DNA of 64,000 nt from Candidatus Iainarchaeum sp. (GCA_021162685.1 JAGGYF010000021.1:11976-75975), one strand, 5' to 3'; counted from the first letter of the stretch, positions 18,227 to 28,945 are shown. Made by a program: numbers and translations. Notes: generated from the sequence alone by a model not told the origin.

Positions 18227-20299
18227 ATGCCAGCACAGGATTTCAGAAAAAATCTGCCTCATCTTATCGCACTTGCTGTACTTCTCTTTGCATTGATTAT
18301 CGTTGCTACAAAAGCAGGTATTATGCGATGCTCAGACCTTGGAAACAGTTATTGTGATGTGTATTATACAATTGTTGGAAAGCCAAAGGTTATGATAATA
18401 TACGACCCAGATGATAATGGCGCAATGGGTGATGTAAGGGCATTGGCAAGGATAATACAGGATCAAAATGGGGTGCCTGTACGTTTGATAGATATTGACA
18501 AGGTCTCAGCAGGTATGTTGAAGGACTATGATGTCGTTGTTGTGGAACATGCTAGGAGGATTCCTACGGAAAAGTTGCTCATATTAAAAGAATATGTGTT
18601 CAATGATATGGGGAGATTGGTTTGGGTTGGGAACTCTGGTACAATTGGTGCGAACAAAGACCAGTTATGTAAGACCGTTGAGTATAGTGTCAAATGGACA
18701 CAAGTTGATGGAACGCATATAGAGGATAAAACGTCAAGGGTTTGTGTAAAAGAGGGAGATATCCCATTTGATACAGAAGAAAGTGTTTCGCAGAGAATGG
18801 CAAAGAAAAAGGAGGCATTGGTTGAGAAGGCATGGGGCCAATTGGAGAGTATTTGTGAGGATGCTTTCCAGGGAACATTAAGTAATGTTAAAAAGAAGGA
18901 TGGTTATCCATGTGAGATACCATCAAATGCAAAGTTCTCAAATGTGTATATAAACTGGAAGAATGAGGAGACCTTCAAGGAGGTTGTGAACCCTTGGGTG
19001 AGAGGAGAGTATGAAGTACTTGGGAAGGAGAAGACAGATGAGGGAATAGATTTTGGAGGAACTGTTTTGGGCATATCGTTTATTGCGGATGACTACGCAG
19101 TGAAGGAATACACGATGTATTCAAAGAGCATTACTGATATACAAAAGGCACTTGTAGAGGCACATATTGGATTCGTGGAATGCTCAAATAGCATAAGAGA
19201 AAGCACATGTAACATTGCATCAAAACAGGCCACTGTATTCTCTGACCTCAGCAGTTTGAAGGGAACAAAAAATAACGCAGAGACAATGCTCAATGGATTT
19301 GTTTCAACACTTAATAGCATGGCAGTAAATAAAGAAAACCAGAATGAGAGCGCAGCAGCAACAATCATAAGGAATGCTGCTAATGAGATAAATGCAGAAA
19401 AAGAATCTATTAAATCAATAACATTTGAGACTGATGAGATACCAACACAAGAAGTGATGACTAATTTGGAGAATATGAAGATACATGTGCAGAATGCGAA
19501 GAATCAACTTATTATATTAAAAGGCAGTGAGACAGATGACACAGTGATAAAACAGTATGATAGTATGATTGCGCAATGTGAAAGCACAATACATGCTATT
19601 GATACAGAGATCAATGCATTGAATACACATATAAGTGAGTATAATGATTGTCTGAAACAATCTGCAGGGACATTATCAGATGAGTTATCAAAAGGGATTG
19701 GGGACAAAGAAAAGGCAGATGCCATTCTAGGATATGCTAGCCCGCTTATTGATGAGGGAGGAATAGTGAATTTTATACTAGAGGTTACGGATGAGAAAGG
19801 AATAAAGCCAGAATGGAAAACCGTCAAGGAAAAACTAGAAGCTATGGATCCTACTGTTGTATGCAGAAGTAACTCAACTAAGATAAAGGAAGGATTTTTG
19901 GCAGCAGCAGAGGCAATAGAGCTGGCAGGAGAGGCAAGGGAGAGCATAAATCCACAGAAAGAAGCAACGTCCATGGCAACATTACAAGCAGCTGACGAAT
20001 ATCATGCACTAGTGCAGGGCATATCAAAGTCTATTGAATTGGTAAAAGAGGGGCCAGACGGAAAAAAGTATCCAGTGCCGTTTGTGTTAGTACAGACCTC
20101 ACACGCACACACATATACAGTTACGCAGCTGAAGATAACTCCAGAGTATAAGGGTATTGGAGAGTGGCCAGCTATAACAGTAAAAGACCCCAAATTTGGC
20201 ACACATAGTTTTGGTAGAGGCGTTGTAGTGTTCTATGCGTTCCCGCCTGAGACAGACGAGATATTCGTGAATAACCTAGTGGAGTATATATTATACTGA
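18227..20299 (+). CDS. N-terminally anchored membrane protein, paralog 1 (with ~450 aa N/Q/E-rich insert)
   Basis: Single N-terminal TM, then the shared domain KVMIIYDP...YDVVVVEH...RLVWVGNSG, and the C-terminal GRGVVVFYAFPP motif shared with the next two genes. Confidence 0.55.
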   Translation: MPAQDFRKNLPHLIALAVLLFALIIVATKAGIMRCSDLGNSYCDVYYTIVGKPKVMIIYDPDDNGAMGDVRALARIIQDQNGVPVRLIDIDKVSAGMLKDYDVVVVEHARRIPTEKLLILKEYVFNDMGRLVWVGNSGTIGANKDQLCKTVEYSVKWTQVDGTHIEDKTSRVCVKEGDIPFDTEESVSQRMAKKKEALVEKAWGQLESICEDAFQGTLSNVKKKDGYPCEIPSNAKFSNVYINWKNEETFKEVVNPWVRGEYEVLGKEKTDEGIDFGGTVLGISFIADDYAVKEYTMYSKSITDIQKALVEAHIGFVECSNSIRESTCNIASKQATVFSDLSSLKGTKNNAETMLNGFVSTLNSMAVNKENQNESAAATIIRNAANEINAEKESIKSITFETDEIPTQEVMTNLENMKIHVQNAKNQLIILKGSETDDTVIKQYDSMIAQCESTIHAIDTEINALNTHISEYNDCLKQSAGTLSDELSKGIGDKEKADAILGYASPLIDEGGIVNFILEVTDEKGIKPEWKTVKEKLEAMDPTVVCRSNSTKIKEGFLAAAEAIELAGEARESINPQKEATSMATLQAADEYHALVQGISKSIELVKEGPDGKKYPVPFVLVQTSHAHTYTVTQLKITPEYKGIGEWPAITVKDPKFGTHSFGRGVVVFYAFPPETDEIFVNNLVEYILY

Positions 20300-20353
20300 A
20301 AAACCACAACATTTATAAGTAAGGCATGCTATTAAATAAGAATGTAATATATT

Positions 20354-21250
20354 TTGCAAAATGAGGAGGAGCATAACATGGCATACTATCAAGATGAAGG
20401 TGTAACAAAACAATTTGAGGCAGCAATCCCTATTCTGATAATATTGCTTTTGATTATAGGGGTTATTGCCCTAAATCCAGGGATTGTTAGAGGCATCCCA
20501 GTGTTGGGGGACCTGTTTGGAAAACCAACAATTAACGTGCTGATTATAGGAGAATCAGCAGCAGAGGCAAATGACTGGAGAGAATATCTAACAGGTGACC
20601 TAGCAAAAAAGGTATTTGGGAATCCTCTGAACATAGAGGTTATAACAGACAATCAGTATAACAAGATAAGCTCTGCAGATTGGATAAAAAGCCAGGGATA
20701 TGACATCATAGTGTTAACTGCAACAGACCTCACGCCTTCACTGCAAATAACATTGAAGGAGTGGGTGCAGAACGGAGGAAAGCTCATTGTAGTTGGTACA
20801 GGAGGAACGCAGCCAAACGGGAGATGGGCAGAACTCGGAACAGTGCTTCCAGTAAGCTGTCCTGGGAATGACTGCACTGGTGTTATAGAAACAGTTTATG
20901 CACCAACACTATACATACAGGAAGGCATGTTTGACAATGGATTGGCAAAGAATGTAGACACAGCAACACCTATGACAGATGCAAATGGAAGCATAAATGT
21001 TGCTAATGTGGTTGTGAAGAACCAGCACATCCTTTACATAGGTGGATTCAAGAGCCCAGAAGAAGTGAAAGCAGGACAAGTGGGTAACATATATCCATGT
21101 GTAACAGAAAACTCAAAGATTGCTGGTGGAAAGGTAGTGTACATTAGTTTCAATCCAACAAGGGAGAACATAACACCAGAGGTAAAGCAAAGTTTGATAA
21201 TAAACCTCTTAGCCTATGTCGCAGGTATGCCTGGATACCAAAGTGTTTGA
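20354..21250 (+). CDS. N-terminally anchored membrane protein, paralog 2
   Basis: TM, then VLIIGES...YDIIVLTA...NGGKLIVVGTGG and the C-terminal GGKVVYISFNP motif. Confidence 0.55.
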   Translation: MQNEEEHNMAYYQDEGVTKQFEAAIPILIILLLIIGVIALNPGIVRGIPVLGDLFGKPTINVLIIGESAAEANDWREYLTGDLAKKVFGNPLNIEVITDNQYNKISSADWIKSQGYDIIVLTATDLTPSLQITLKEWVQNGGKLIVVGTGGTQPNGRWAELGTVLPVSCPGNDCTGVIETVYAPTLYIQEGMFDNGLAKNVDTATPMTDANGSINVANVVVKNQHILYIGGFKSPEEVKAGQVGNIYPCVTENSKIAGGKVVYISFNPTRENITPEVKQSLIINLLAYVAGMPGYQSV

Positions 21251-21260
21251 GGGGATGTAA

Positions 21261-22142
21261 ATGGCGTACTATGGAGGAGACCAAAAAAGATATGCTGAAA
21301 TGGCCATACCCATCATCTTAGTGATATTGGTTGCACTGGTGGTGGGTGTCAAGGTATTTGGGCTAAACATCCCTGTGATCAGCGACATCATGGGCGGAGG
21401 AAAAGCAACACACACGCTGATTATAACAAATGAGCAGGACTTAGAGTCGGCAAAGCAATTTGCAACAGATATCAGCAGCAGGGTAACAAAGATAACGCCT
21501 GTTGTTGATCCAAATGTTGTTCAGCATTTAAAACCAGGATATATAACAAGTAACAACTATGACCTAGTAATATTGTATGGAGACAATACAGCACTAACAT
21601 ATGATGCAAGAAAAGAGATCACAGCCTATGTGAATAACGGCGGCTCTTTGCTTATAGTAAAGGGCGCAGGATTAAAAGGACTTAATGCAGATGGTACACC
21701 AAGTGAATACATCTTTGGATGGGATGTGGACGACTTGGCTACGATTATAAAGTTCAGCCCAGATTGCCCAACACTTACAGAATGCAATGATGTAAATGCA
21801 ATAACAGTGACACCAGACCAGATGCACGATGTTACATTGACACCAGTTCAGTGGGAGCACCCAATGATTGAGAGGATTGGATTGAATGCCCCTCTCAGCA
21901 TTGACATAACAAAGTATCCTAACTTCAAAGGTATTGTTAGGGTTGTTGATAGTGAGAATAAGAAGGTTGCATGGATTGACTGGTATGACGCAGATGGAAA
22001 ACCACATTCAGCGCCTGCTATTATAGGCTACAATGCAGGTGTAACGGGTGGAAGAATCGTGTATCTAGCGTACAACCCATTGGAACTCAACCAGGAAGAC
22101 TTGTTTAGGAATGTGATTATGTGGGTCACAAAGGAAACATAG
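21261..22142 (+). CDS. N-terminally anchored membrane protein, paralog 3
   Basis: TM, then TLIITNE...YDLVILYG...NGGSLLIVKGAG and the C-terminal GGRIVYLAYNP motif. Confidence 0.55.
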   Translation: MAYYGGDQKRYAEMAIPIILVILVALVVGVKVFGLNIPVISDIMGGGKATHTLIITNEQDLESAKQFATDISSRVTKITPVVDPNVVQHLKPGYITSNNYDLVILYGDNTALTYDARKEITAYVNNGGSLLIVKGAGLKGLNADGTPSEYIFGWDVDDLATIIKFSPDCPTLTECNDVNAITVTPDQMHDVTLTPVQWEHPMIERIGLNAPLSIDITKYPNFKGIVRVVDSENKKVAWIDWYDADGKPHSAPAIIGYNAGVTGGRIVYLAYNPLELNQEDLFRNVIMWVTKET

Positions 22143-22176
22143 TGACCCATGCTCCTCCTCTTTCTTTTGTGATACT

Positions 22177-22749
22177 ATGGAGATACATGAGATAAAAGCA
22201 AAAGGTGTAACAGAAAGAGTAGACCATGCTAAATACAAGGATAAGGTCGCGTATCCTGTTTTTATGAAGATGAGGGCTTCTCCTATTCTCTCCCTATTCT
22301 CACTTGATGCACCTGGCAAGTTGAATCACTGGGACCATGTGTCCTTCCATGAGCGATTAGCACAAGGCAAGGAACCAGAACTCGTGTTTCTGAATACACA
22401 TAAGGGGTTGGTGAGTTTCACAAAGGAACACCTACCAATTTTGAGGGCCCTCTCCACAGAATTGCTCAACTATCAATTGGAGTTCATGTTGAAAGGAGAG
22501 CAGGCACTTAACAAGATGAGGGGAAAGATAGGAGATGTAGAAATAGATGGTATTCGTTTTGTATCAACAACAGAGGGGAACGAGCCAGTAGTGTATAGAA
22601 AAGCAGATAAGGAAGCAGAAAAAGCACTAAAAGATAAACCACCTGGTTCAACATTTAAGTCAAAAGAGGGCATTGAATATATTAAATTGGATAGCGGGGA
22701 GATTATTGATAAGAAGGTGTTTGATATCCTGAAGGAGTATGTTGGATAA
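22177..22749 (+). CDS. hypothetical protein
   Basis: ORF only. Confidence 0.4.
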   Translation: MEIHEIKAKGVTERVDHAKYKDKVAYPVFMKMRASPILSLFSLDAPGKLNHWDHVSFHERLAQGKEPELVFLNTHKGLVSFTKEHLPILRALSTELLNYQLEFMLKGEQALNKMRGKIGDVEIDGIRFVSTTEGNEPVVYRKADKEAEKALKDKPPGSTFKSKEGIEYIKLDSGEIIDKKVFDILKEYVG

Positions 22750-22750
22750 A

Positions 22751-25414
22751 CTATCTTTTTCTTGTTCTCTCATACAAAGAGTCTACCCTGTCAATTGTGT
22801 CACATTCATCAGGAGACCTATCCTCCCTTATTCTAATCAGTCTGGGAAACCTCAGTGCGTAGCCTGAACTGTATGTTGGGCTCTTTTGGATTTCTTGATA
22901 ACCTACTTCAACAACAAGGGCAGGTCTTAATTTTACAAATTTTCCCTTTTGCTCAAGCATATCATTTTTGAGGATATCAGTAAGGTATTGCAACTGCTCA
23001 TCTGTAAGGCCTGTTGCCATCTTTCCTATTTCTAAGAATTCGTTTGTGTCTGGATCTCTGCATGCCAAAACAAAGGAACCAAGCCAGTTTGCTCTTCTTC
23101 CTTCTCCCCAGTATGCTCCAACAATCACAAGGTCAAGGGTCTCTGAAATTGGTTTTAATTTATACATATAGCCAACCCTTGAACCTGGTTTGTATTCTGC
23201 ATCTAGGTTCTTTATCATAACACCCTCGTGTCCCTTTTCTAATGCTTCTTTGTAGAATGCTTCTGCTTCCTTTTCATCTGAGGTGATTAATGCTTTTGAG
23301 AGATAAATCTTCCCTGGAGTTTCCTTGAGTATCTTTTTCAGTGTTGCTCTTCTATTCTTAAACGGTGCATCTATGTAACTCTCATTGTTGAGGTACATAC
23401 AGTCAAATAGATATAATACGCAAGGAATCTTCTTGACCATCTCATCTATACCATACTTTCGTTTTATTCTTCTGGAAAGATTTTGGAAGGGTAGAGGATG
23501 TTCATGTTCATCAACAGCAACTGCCTCTCCTTCTATAATTGCATTTTCGCACTTGACTGCTTCCTTGACTGCTTCAACAACATCTGGGAACTGTTTTGTT
23601 ACATTTTCAAGGCGGCGTGTGAAGAGTGTTATCTTATCGTTCTGTATATGTACCTGGCAGTTATGCAAAGATAAGAGAGTGGAGCAATAGCTCTCATCCC
23701 CCTCTACTTCCAGGTTGTATACGACTGTTCTTGGATCTGGATGCTGAACTTCTTCCAATTTTAGTAGTTTCACAAGGAGATAGTTACCTCTTAGTTTTGT
23801 TGCCCGATTATTCTTTGTTATAATCAACTTGAAGTATGTGCTCCCATTTACCCTAAAGCGTTTAACTCCAAAAACCATACCAAATTTCAGAGCAATAAGT
23901 TGAGCAGAAGATGCTAGTTGCGCCTCTTTTGTTACAACGGTTGTGCGACCGTCTTTGTCAACATGTCCATCAGCATCTATCCACCCCTTTAAGAAGGATT
24001 GGAATTGTTCTTTGGTAACACCAAAAAACCACTCCGGTAGCCTTTTCTCCCTGAAGTTTCTTGACAACCAACTAAGAAACGCCCTGTCTGTCCAGTATAT
24101 AGAAATGCCTCCATTGTGTGTATACTCTGAAATATTTGTTATGCCAAACTCCTTACACACTATTTTTTTATAGAACTCTTTAAGTTTTACATCCCTTTTG
24201 TTGAACATTAATCCTATGCGGTGGGTCTTATTGTATTCATTTGAAAATCCGTCTCCTACCCAATAACCTATAAATCTGAAAAAATTATTGTTTAACCTAA
24301 ATGTTTTTTTGTAGCCATCAATTGTTTTGAGGGTCATTTGCTTTGGAATAGGTTTTGATTTTAATTTTGGAAGTGGGAATGCAACATAACATGATTTATC
24401 TAACTTTTCAACAGGAACCCAGGAGAGCTTATCGCCTTTTAAAGCAAGTATTTTGTGTCCCTCTGTTATCTTAAACTCATGACCATAGAATGTTTGCAAC
24501 CTGAAAATACGTTCATGTTTATCAATTTTACGCTTCATTTTGGCTGTAATCTTTTTGTATCTCCCCTTATGTGTCAGAACATAATCGCCAGGTTTTATGT
24601 TCCGTATAGATTTTATGCCCTCTCCTTTTATGTATAAAGGAGTGAGACCTGTAATGCAACGCATTCCATCGTATTTGTATTCAAATGCTGCTGGTTTGAA
24701 CGATTCAAATGCTTCTTTTATGGAGTGTACAGCCTGTGCAAGCATGGGTTTAAGAGGTCTCCCAAGTTTTATCTGTATTTTTGATAATCCTTCATTCCCT
24801 TTTTCTCTGGCTATCTCAGCAACTTCGCCATAATCATTTATCAGGGAGTATGCTCTCTCAACAAGATTTACATCAACATCAAATGCATTGCTTATCGCAT
24901 CTCTTATAATGCCTTCACCAACACCTAGTCTCATCTCTCCAAGCAATAGCCTAACAAGATATTTTACTTCATCTGGCGATGCATTGTTCAGCAATTCAAC
25001 AACATATTTTACTTTTCTGTCCTGGGACTTCGCTCCTTCCAAGTGAGAGATTTTATCTATGACATGGTATACTTCCTTCAAGGATAGGGGAAGTGCCTGT
25101 AGTGTCATCTGTACCTTGTGCTTGAATAGGTTTTGCGCTGCAATCCCTGTATCTCCTGTCTTTGTTATCTCCATCTCAACCTTTTTCTCTGAGATGCCTG
25201 TTGCCAGGGATATGCACTTAATCATCATCTTCTCTGCAACACCTACCTCCCTTCTATCCCAAGGAGGAAAGGCGCGCCCCTGAGCAAATAGAATAACATA
25301 TTTTAGGTCTTGACCAGCGTTTTTTAACATGTCTGTTACTATATCTGTCATCTCAAGGCGTTTTGTCGTATTCTCTAATTTTTTCAGGTATTTCACAACC
25401 TCAGAGAGCTCCAT
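22751..25414 (-). CDS. lig: ATP-dependent DNA ligase containing a 333-aa LAGLIDADG intein inserted in motif I
   Basis: N-terminus MELSEVVKYLKKLENTTKRLEMT typical of archaeal ligase. Motif I EYKYDGMR is immediately followed by CITGL... and the insert ends ...LSLHN before CQVHIQ. Start placed at the internal ATG 25414. Confidence 0.85.
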   Translation of the reverse strand: MELSEVVKYLKKLENTTKRLEMTDIVTDMLKNAGQDLKYVILFAQGRAFPPWDRREVGVAEKMMIKCISLATGISEKKVEMEITKTGDTGIAAQNLFKHKVQMTLQALPLSLKEVYHVIDKISHLEGAKSQDRKVKYVVELLNNASPDEVKYLVRLLLGEMRLGVGEGIIRDAISNAFDVDVNLVERAYSLINDYGEVAEIAREKGNEGLSKIQIKLGRPLKPMLAQAVHSIKEAFESFKPAAFEYKYDGMRCITGLTPLYIKGEGIKSIRNIKPGDYVLTHKGRYKKITAKMKRKIDKHERIFRLQTFYGHEFKITEGHKILALKGDKLSWVPVEKLDKSCYVAFPLPKLKSKPIPKQMTLKTIDGYKKTFRLNNNFFRFIGYWVGDGFSNEYNKTHRIGLMFNKRDVKLKEFYKKIVCKEFGITNISEYTHNGGISIYWTDRAFLSWLSRNFREKRLPEWFFGVTKEQFQSFLKGWIDADGHVDKDGRTTVVTKEAQLASSAQLIALKFGMVFGVKRFRVNGSTYFKLIITKNNRATKLRGNYLLVKLLKLEEVQHPDPRTVVYNLEVEGDESYCSTLLSLHNCQVHIQNDKITLFTRRLENVTKQFPDVVEAVKEAVKCENAIIEGEAVAVDEHEHPLPFQNLSRRIKRKYGIDEMVKKIPCVLYLFDCMYLNNESYIDAPFKNRRATLKKILKETPGKIYLSKALITSDEKEAEAFYKEALEKGHEGVMIKNLDAEYKPGSRVGYMYKLKPISETLDLVIVGAYWGEGRRANWLGSFVLACRDPDTNEFLEIGKMATGLTDEQLQYLTDILKNDMLEQKGKFVKLRPALVVEVGYQEIQKSPTYSSGYALRFPRLIRIREDRSPDECDTIDRVDSLYERTRKR
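23660..24658 (-). mobile_element. intein with LAGLIDADG homing endonuclease domain within DNA ligase
   Basis: Block A CITGLTPLYIKGEG, block B TEGHKIL, two LAGLIDADG motifs (IGYWVGDGFS; LKGWIDADGHV), terminal HN followed by extein Cys. Confidence 0.75.
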
Positions 25415-25516
25415 ACTGGATAGATAGGTAGAAAATCTATTAAAAACTATGCTATTTTTAAATATGAATTTGCACAAAATATAGTACAAGAACCTTTTGA
25501 ACAGGAGGTATCAAAT

Positions 25517-25798
25517 ATGGCAGAGGAAAACACAGTTTTCATAGGAAAAAAGGGCGTAATGAGTTACGTCCTAGCAGTTGTAACCCAGTTCAACCAAGGC
25601 GCGAACGAGGTTACCATAAAAGCAAGAGGTAGGGCGATTTCAAGGGCTGTTGACGTAGCGGAAATCGTCCGAAATAGGTTCGTGCAGGACGCCAAGGTAA
25701 AGGATATCAAGATATCCACAGAGGAACTAGAGAAGAAGGAAGAAGGAGAAGGTAACGCAACAAAGGTCAGTGCAATTGAAATAACCTTGGCAAAATAA
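25517..25798 (+). CDS. albA: chromatin protein Alba
   Basis: [41 protein letters not shown] is the Alba core; 93 aa. Confidence 0.9.
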   Translation: MAEENTVFIGKKGVMSYVLAVVTQFNQGANEVTIKARGRAISRAVDVAEIVRNRFVQDAKVKDIKISTEELEKKEEGEGNATKVSAIEITLAK

Positions 25799-25835
25799 AT
25801 CGGTAAGGTGGATCTTTTCCACCTTTCACTACCGA

Positions 25836-26345
25836 TTGAAAGGTGGAAAGATGAAATCCCCAATATGTGAAGTATGTGTAAAGAGTGGGGTCCTTTGTTC
25901 AGCGTGCAATCAGAAACTTGCGGATGGTAAGATCAGCGAAAATGACTTACGCCTAGCCAGGCTTCTATACAAACTTGAAGAAAAACAACTCACAAAAAAT
26001 GTCTCTTTCTCAAAGACCATTGACATAGGGGATATGTTGCTAGTTTTAACAGAAGGAAATGTTGCTAACCTTATTGGTAGGGGCGGACGTATTGTTAGGT
26101 TATTGAGCAAAGAATTTGACAAAAAGGTAAGGATCATAAACAGCACAGATACAAAGCGAGCGCTTCAAGACCTTGTCGCACCTGCCAGAGTGCTTGGAAT
26201 AAATATACTCTACACACCAAATGGAGAAAAAACAAAGGTTATTATAGCAAAGGAGGATGAGGATAAGCTCATTGCCCCACTAGAAGTTTTGCAAAAAGCA
26301 GCAAATGCATTATCAAACAAAGAGGTTGTCCTCGTTTTAGAATAA
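25836..26345 (+). CDS. zinc-ribbon plus KH-domain RNA-binding protein
   Basis: CEVC...CSAC ribbon, then a KH GxxG motif (IGRGGRIVRLL). Confidence 0.55.
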   Translation: MKGGKMKSPICEVCVKSGVLCSACNQKLADGKISENDLRLARLLYKLEEKQLTKNVSFSKTIDIGDMLLVLTEGNVANLIGRGGRIVRLLSKEFDKKVRIINSTDTKRALQDLVAPARVLGINILYTPNGEKTKVIIAKEDEDKLIAPLEVLQKAANALSNKEVVLVLE

Positions 26346-26377
26346 TTTTTTATATAATAACGGCTTAAAGTGAGTCT

Positions 26378-27673
26378 ATGAAACGCACACATTATTCAAG
26401 GCAGATAACAAAAGGGATGGATGGACAACGCGTTAAGGTTGCTGGTTGGGTATCAAATCTTAGGAAGTTGGGAAGCATCGCGTTTATCAAATTAAGAGAC
26501 AGGGAAGGATTTATCCAGATAACGCTTGTTAAAAACAAAATGCCAGAATTATTCAATATTATTGATGAATTGACTATTGAGAGTGTAATCAGTGTGGATG
26601 GGATAGTAAAGGCAAATGAGCAAGCACCAAATGGAGTAGAGGTCCTCCCAGAAAACATTGAGATATTATCAAAAGCAGAAACTCCTCTTCCAATGGACAT
26701 ATCTGGAAAGATAGAGAGTGAACTTGAGACGAGGTTGAATGCCAGATTTATGGATCTGAGGCAGCCAAAGGTTGAAGCTGTGTTTATGATAAGAGATGGT
26801 GTACTTACTGCGATTAGAGAGTACTTGGAAGACCAAGGGTTTATTGAGATACACACACCAAAAATCGTAGCAGCTGGTGCAGAAGGTGGTGCAACACTCT
26901 TCCCAGTGAAATATTTTGAAAAGGATGCCTACTTAAATCAGAGTCCTCAGCTTTTCAAGCAAATCATGATGTCAACTGGGCTGGATAGGGTATATGAGAT
27001 TGCGCCTGCGTTTAGAGCAGAACCATCTGCAACCACTCGCCATTTAAGTGAATTCACAAGTTTTGATTTTGAAATGGCGTTTATAGATTCGCAGGAAGAT
27101 GTTATGAAAACGCTTGAAAATTGTATTGTGCATGTATTCAATCATGTGAAGAAACATGAACAAGATTTTTTGGATGTGCTAGGTATTGAATTGGAAGTAC
27201 CAAAAACTCCATTTAAGAGGATAACATTTGAAGAAGCAAAGGGATTGTTGAAAACAAAGGGGAAAATAGTTGTAGACGATCTTGATACAGAAGCGGAAAG
27301 GTTGCTTGGAACTGTTATGGAAGAACCTTTCTACTTTATAACAGGATTCCCATCAGACACTAAACCGTTCTACATAATGGAGGATGAAGATAATCCAACA
27401 TTGAGCTATTCTTTTGACCTTGATTACAAAGGAGTTGAAATGGCATCTGGTGGGCAGAGAGAACATAGGTATGGAAAGCTTATTGAGAGGATGAAGCGAT
27501 TTGGGTTAAACCCTGCAGATTTCTCCTTTTACCTCAATGCGTTCAAATATGGTATGCCGCCACATGGGGGGATGGGCTTAGGGATTGAGCGGCTTGTGCA
27601 GAAGATGTTAAACTTAGGAAATGTGAGGGAAACTGTGCTATTCCCAAGGGATAAAACGCGGTTGGTTCCATGA
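26378..27673 (+). CDS. aspS: aspartyl-tRNA synthetase (archaeal type)
   Basis: Class IIb motifs: QSPQLFKQ flipping loop, FRAE motif 2, [11 protein letters not shown] motif 3; 431 aa. Confidence 0.85.
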   Translation: MKRTHYSRQITKGMDGQRVKVAGWVSNLRKLGSIAFIKLRDREGFIQITLVKNKMPELFNIIDELTIESVISVDGIVKANEQAPNGVEVLPENIEILSKAETPLPMDISGKIESELETRLNARFMDLRQPKVEAVFMIRDGVLTAIREYLEDQGFIEIHTPKIVAAGAEGGATLFPVKYFEKDAYLNQSPQLFKQIMMSTGLDRVYEIAPAFRAEPSATTRHLSEFTSFDFEMAFIDSQEDVMKTLENCIVHVFNHVKKHEQDFLDVLGIELEVPKTPFKRITFEEAKGLLKTKGKIVVDDLDTEAERLLGTVMEEPFYFITGFPSDTKPFYIMEDEDNPTLSYSFDLDYKGVEMASGGQREHRYGKLIERMKRFGLNPADFSFYLNAFKYGMPPHGGMGLGIERLVQKMLNLGNVRETVLFPRDKTRLVP

Positions 27674-27954
27674 GCGATGAACTTGTTGAAAAAGTTTACA
27701 AAGCACTCATGAGAGCAAGAGAAGAGATGGCTGGGGATGTCTTCTCTATTTCTAAACCTGTGCCAGAGTGGAGAGAAGTTGAAGAAGAGTGGCTTCCAGA
27801 ACATATTGCTGAAAGAATTATGAGGGAATACAATTTACATACGGGCTTATCAGAGGATGCGCGCACAGTTATAAAAAACATGTTGAGAAGAGCTAAAACA
27901 AAGAAGAGGGTTGAGGAGATCATTAGATATGTGAAAGATGTTAGGAAAATTTGA
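27670..27954 (+). CDS. hypothetical small helical protein (4-nt overlap with aspS)
   Basis: ORF only. Confidence 0.35.
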   Translation: MSDELVEKVYKALMRAREEMAGDVFSISKPVPEWREVEEEWLPEHIAERIMREYNLHTGLSEDARTVIKNMLRRAKTKKRVEEIIRYVKDVRKI

Positions 27955-28435
27955 TGTGAGAATCCAAAACCAAATGTGAAAAGTAGCTCAGAAATGCAAG
28001 AATAGAGAACTCCACTCCTAACCATATGCCTTTCCAAAAATAGATCCAGAGGAAGATTAGGATTGCATAGACAGCACATGCTTTTATCGTGTGTGTTGCA
28101 CCCCTATGTCTTGGCCTTATCAGAATGAATAAGGAAAAGATGGTGATTGTCACAAGGAACACATGTGCTAAGCTTTCAAATGGATTTGAAAAACTAAATC
28201 TAGAAGAAAATGCAAATGAAAACGCACTCAGAAAAACGATCAGTTCTAACCATTTTCCTATCTTTGACTTTGGTGTGTCTGTATCTGGCGCTAAACTGCC
28301 TAAGAATGAAACGAAGAATGAAACTAACACCAAATTGATGTCCCAATGTCTGAAATAGAGAAATAAAACAAAAATGGCCCAGATGCCAATACCAATAAGC
28401 GAGTGTGTCTTGAAATCAGCCATATAACCCCTCAT
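27941..28435 (-). CDS. membrane-bound metal-dependent hydrolase (DUF457/YdjM-like)
   Basis: Polytopic; APDTDTP and RGATHT motifs resemble the DUF457 His/Asp metal site. Confidence 0.5.
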   Translation of the reverse strand: MRGYMADFKTHSLIGIGIWAIFVLFLYFRHWDINLVLVSFFVSFLGSLAPDTDTPKSKIGKWLELIVFLSAFSFAFSSRFSFSNPFESLAHVFLVTITIFSLFILIRPRHRGATHTIKACAVYAILIFLWIYFWKGIWLGVEFSILAFLSYFSHLVLDSHIKFS

Positions 28436-28943
28436 TTATTCTTGGTAATAAAGCCATAAGTACTGCATAATAGGTGTAATCGTCCCTTTTCATAATGCCT
28501 TTTGTTAGTTCTCCTATGATGCCATATTCCCTCAGCTCAATATCTTTTCTTTTGAACACACCAATTGCTGCTTCTGTTGCTTCTTTGCCTTCTAAGATGC
28601 CTTCAATGACCTTTGGTGGAAATTCAAAATCAGGAGAACTCCCTATTGTTATCCTTCCGTCCTTGTCAGCTATTGCACACCATGTTGTGTTTAGGTAACC
28701 AGTAATTGTTTGGGGAACCTTCTTTAGTCCTGCTTCTATACCAACTCCGATGTCACCGTACTTCAATGCGCCTGTTGCTCTGTTTATTGCACCCTGTATT
28801 GTTTCCTCATCTGTCATTGGTTGTTTTGATATTTTTGAATCAACGTCTACACCAAAGATATCTATGTCATTGTAGTACAACGAGAATGCTTTTTTAACAG
28901 CATTGATTTTTGCTTTTCTTTTGCTCCCAACTGCTATCTTCAT
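28416..28943 (-). CDS. inosine/xanthosine triphosphatase (YjjX/DUF84-type non-canonical NTPase)
   Basis: MKIAVGSKRKAKINAV start, VDSKISKQPM and AAIGVF correspond to YjjX motifs; internal start at 28943 chosen. Confidence 0.6.
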   Translation of the reverse strand: MKIAVGSKRKAKINAVKKAFSLYYNDIDIFGVDVDSKISKQPMTDEETIQGAINRATGALKYGDIGVGIEAGLKKVPQTITGYLNTTWCAIADKDGRITIGSSPDFEFPPKVIEGILEGKEATEAAIGVFKRKDIELREYGIIGELTKGIMKRDDYTYYAVLMALLPRINEGLYG

Positions 28944-28945
28944 AA

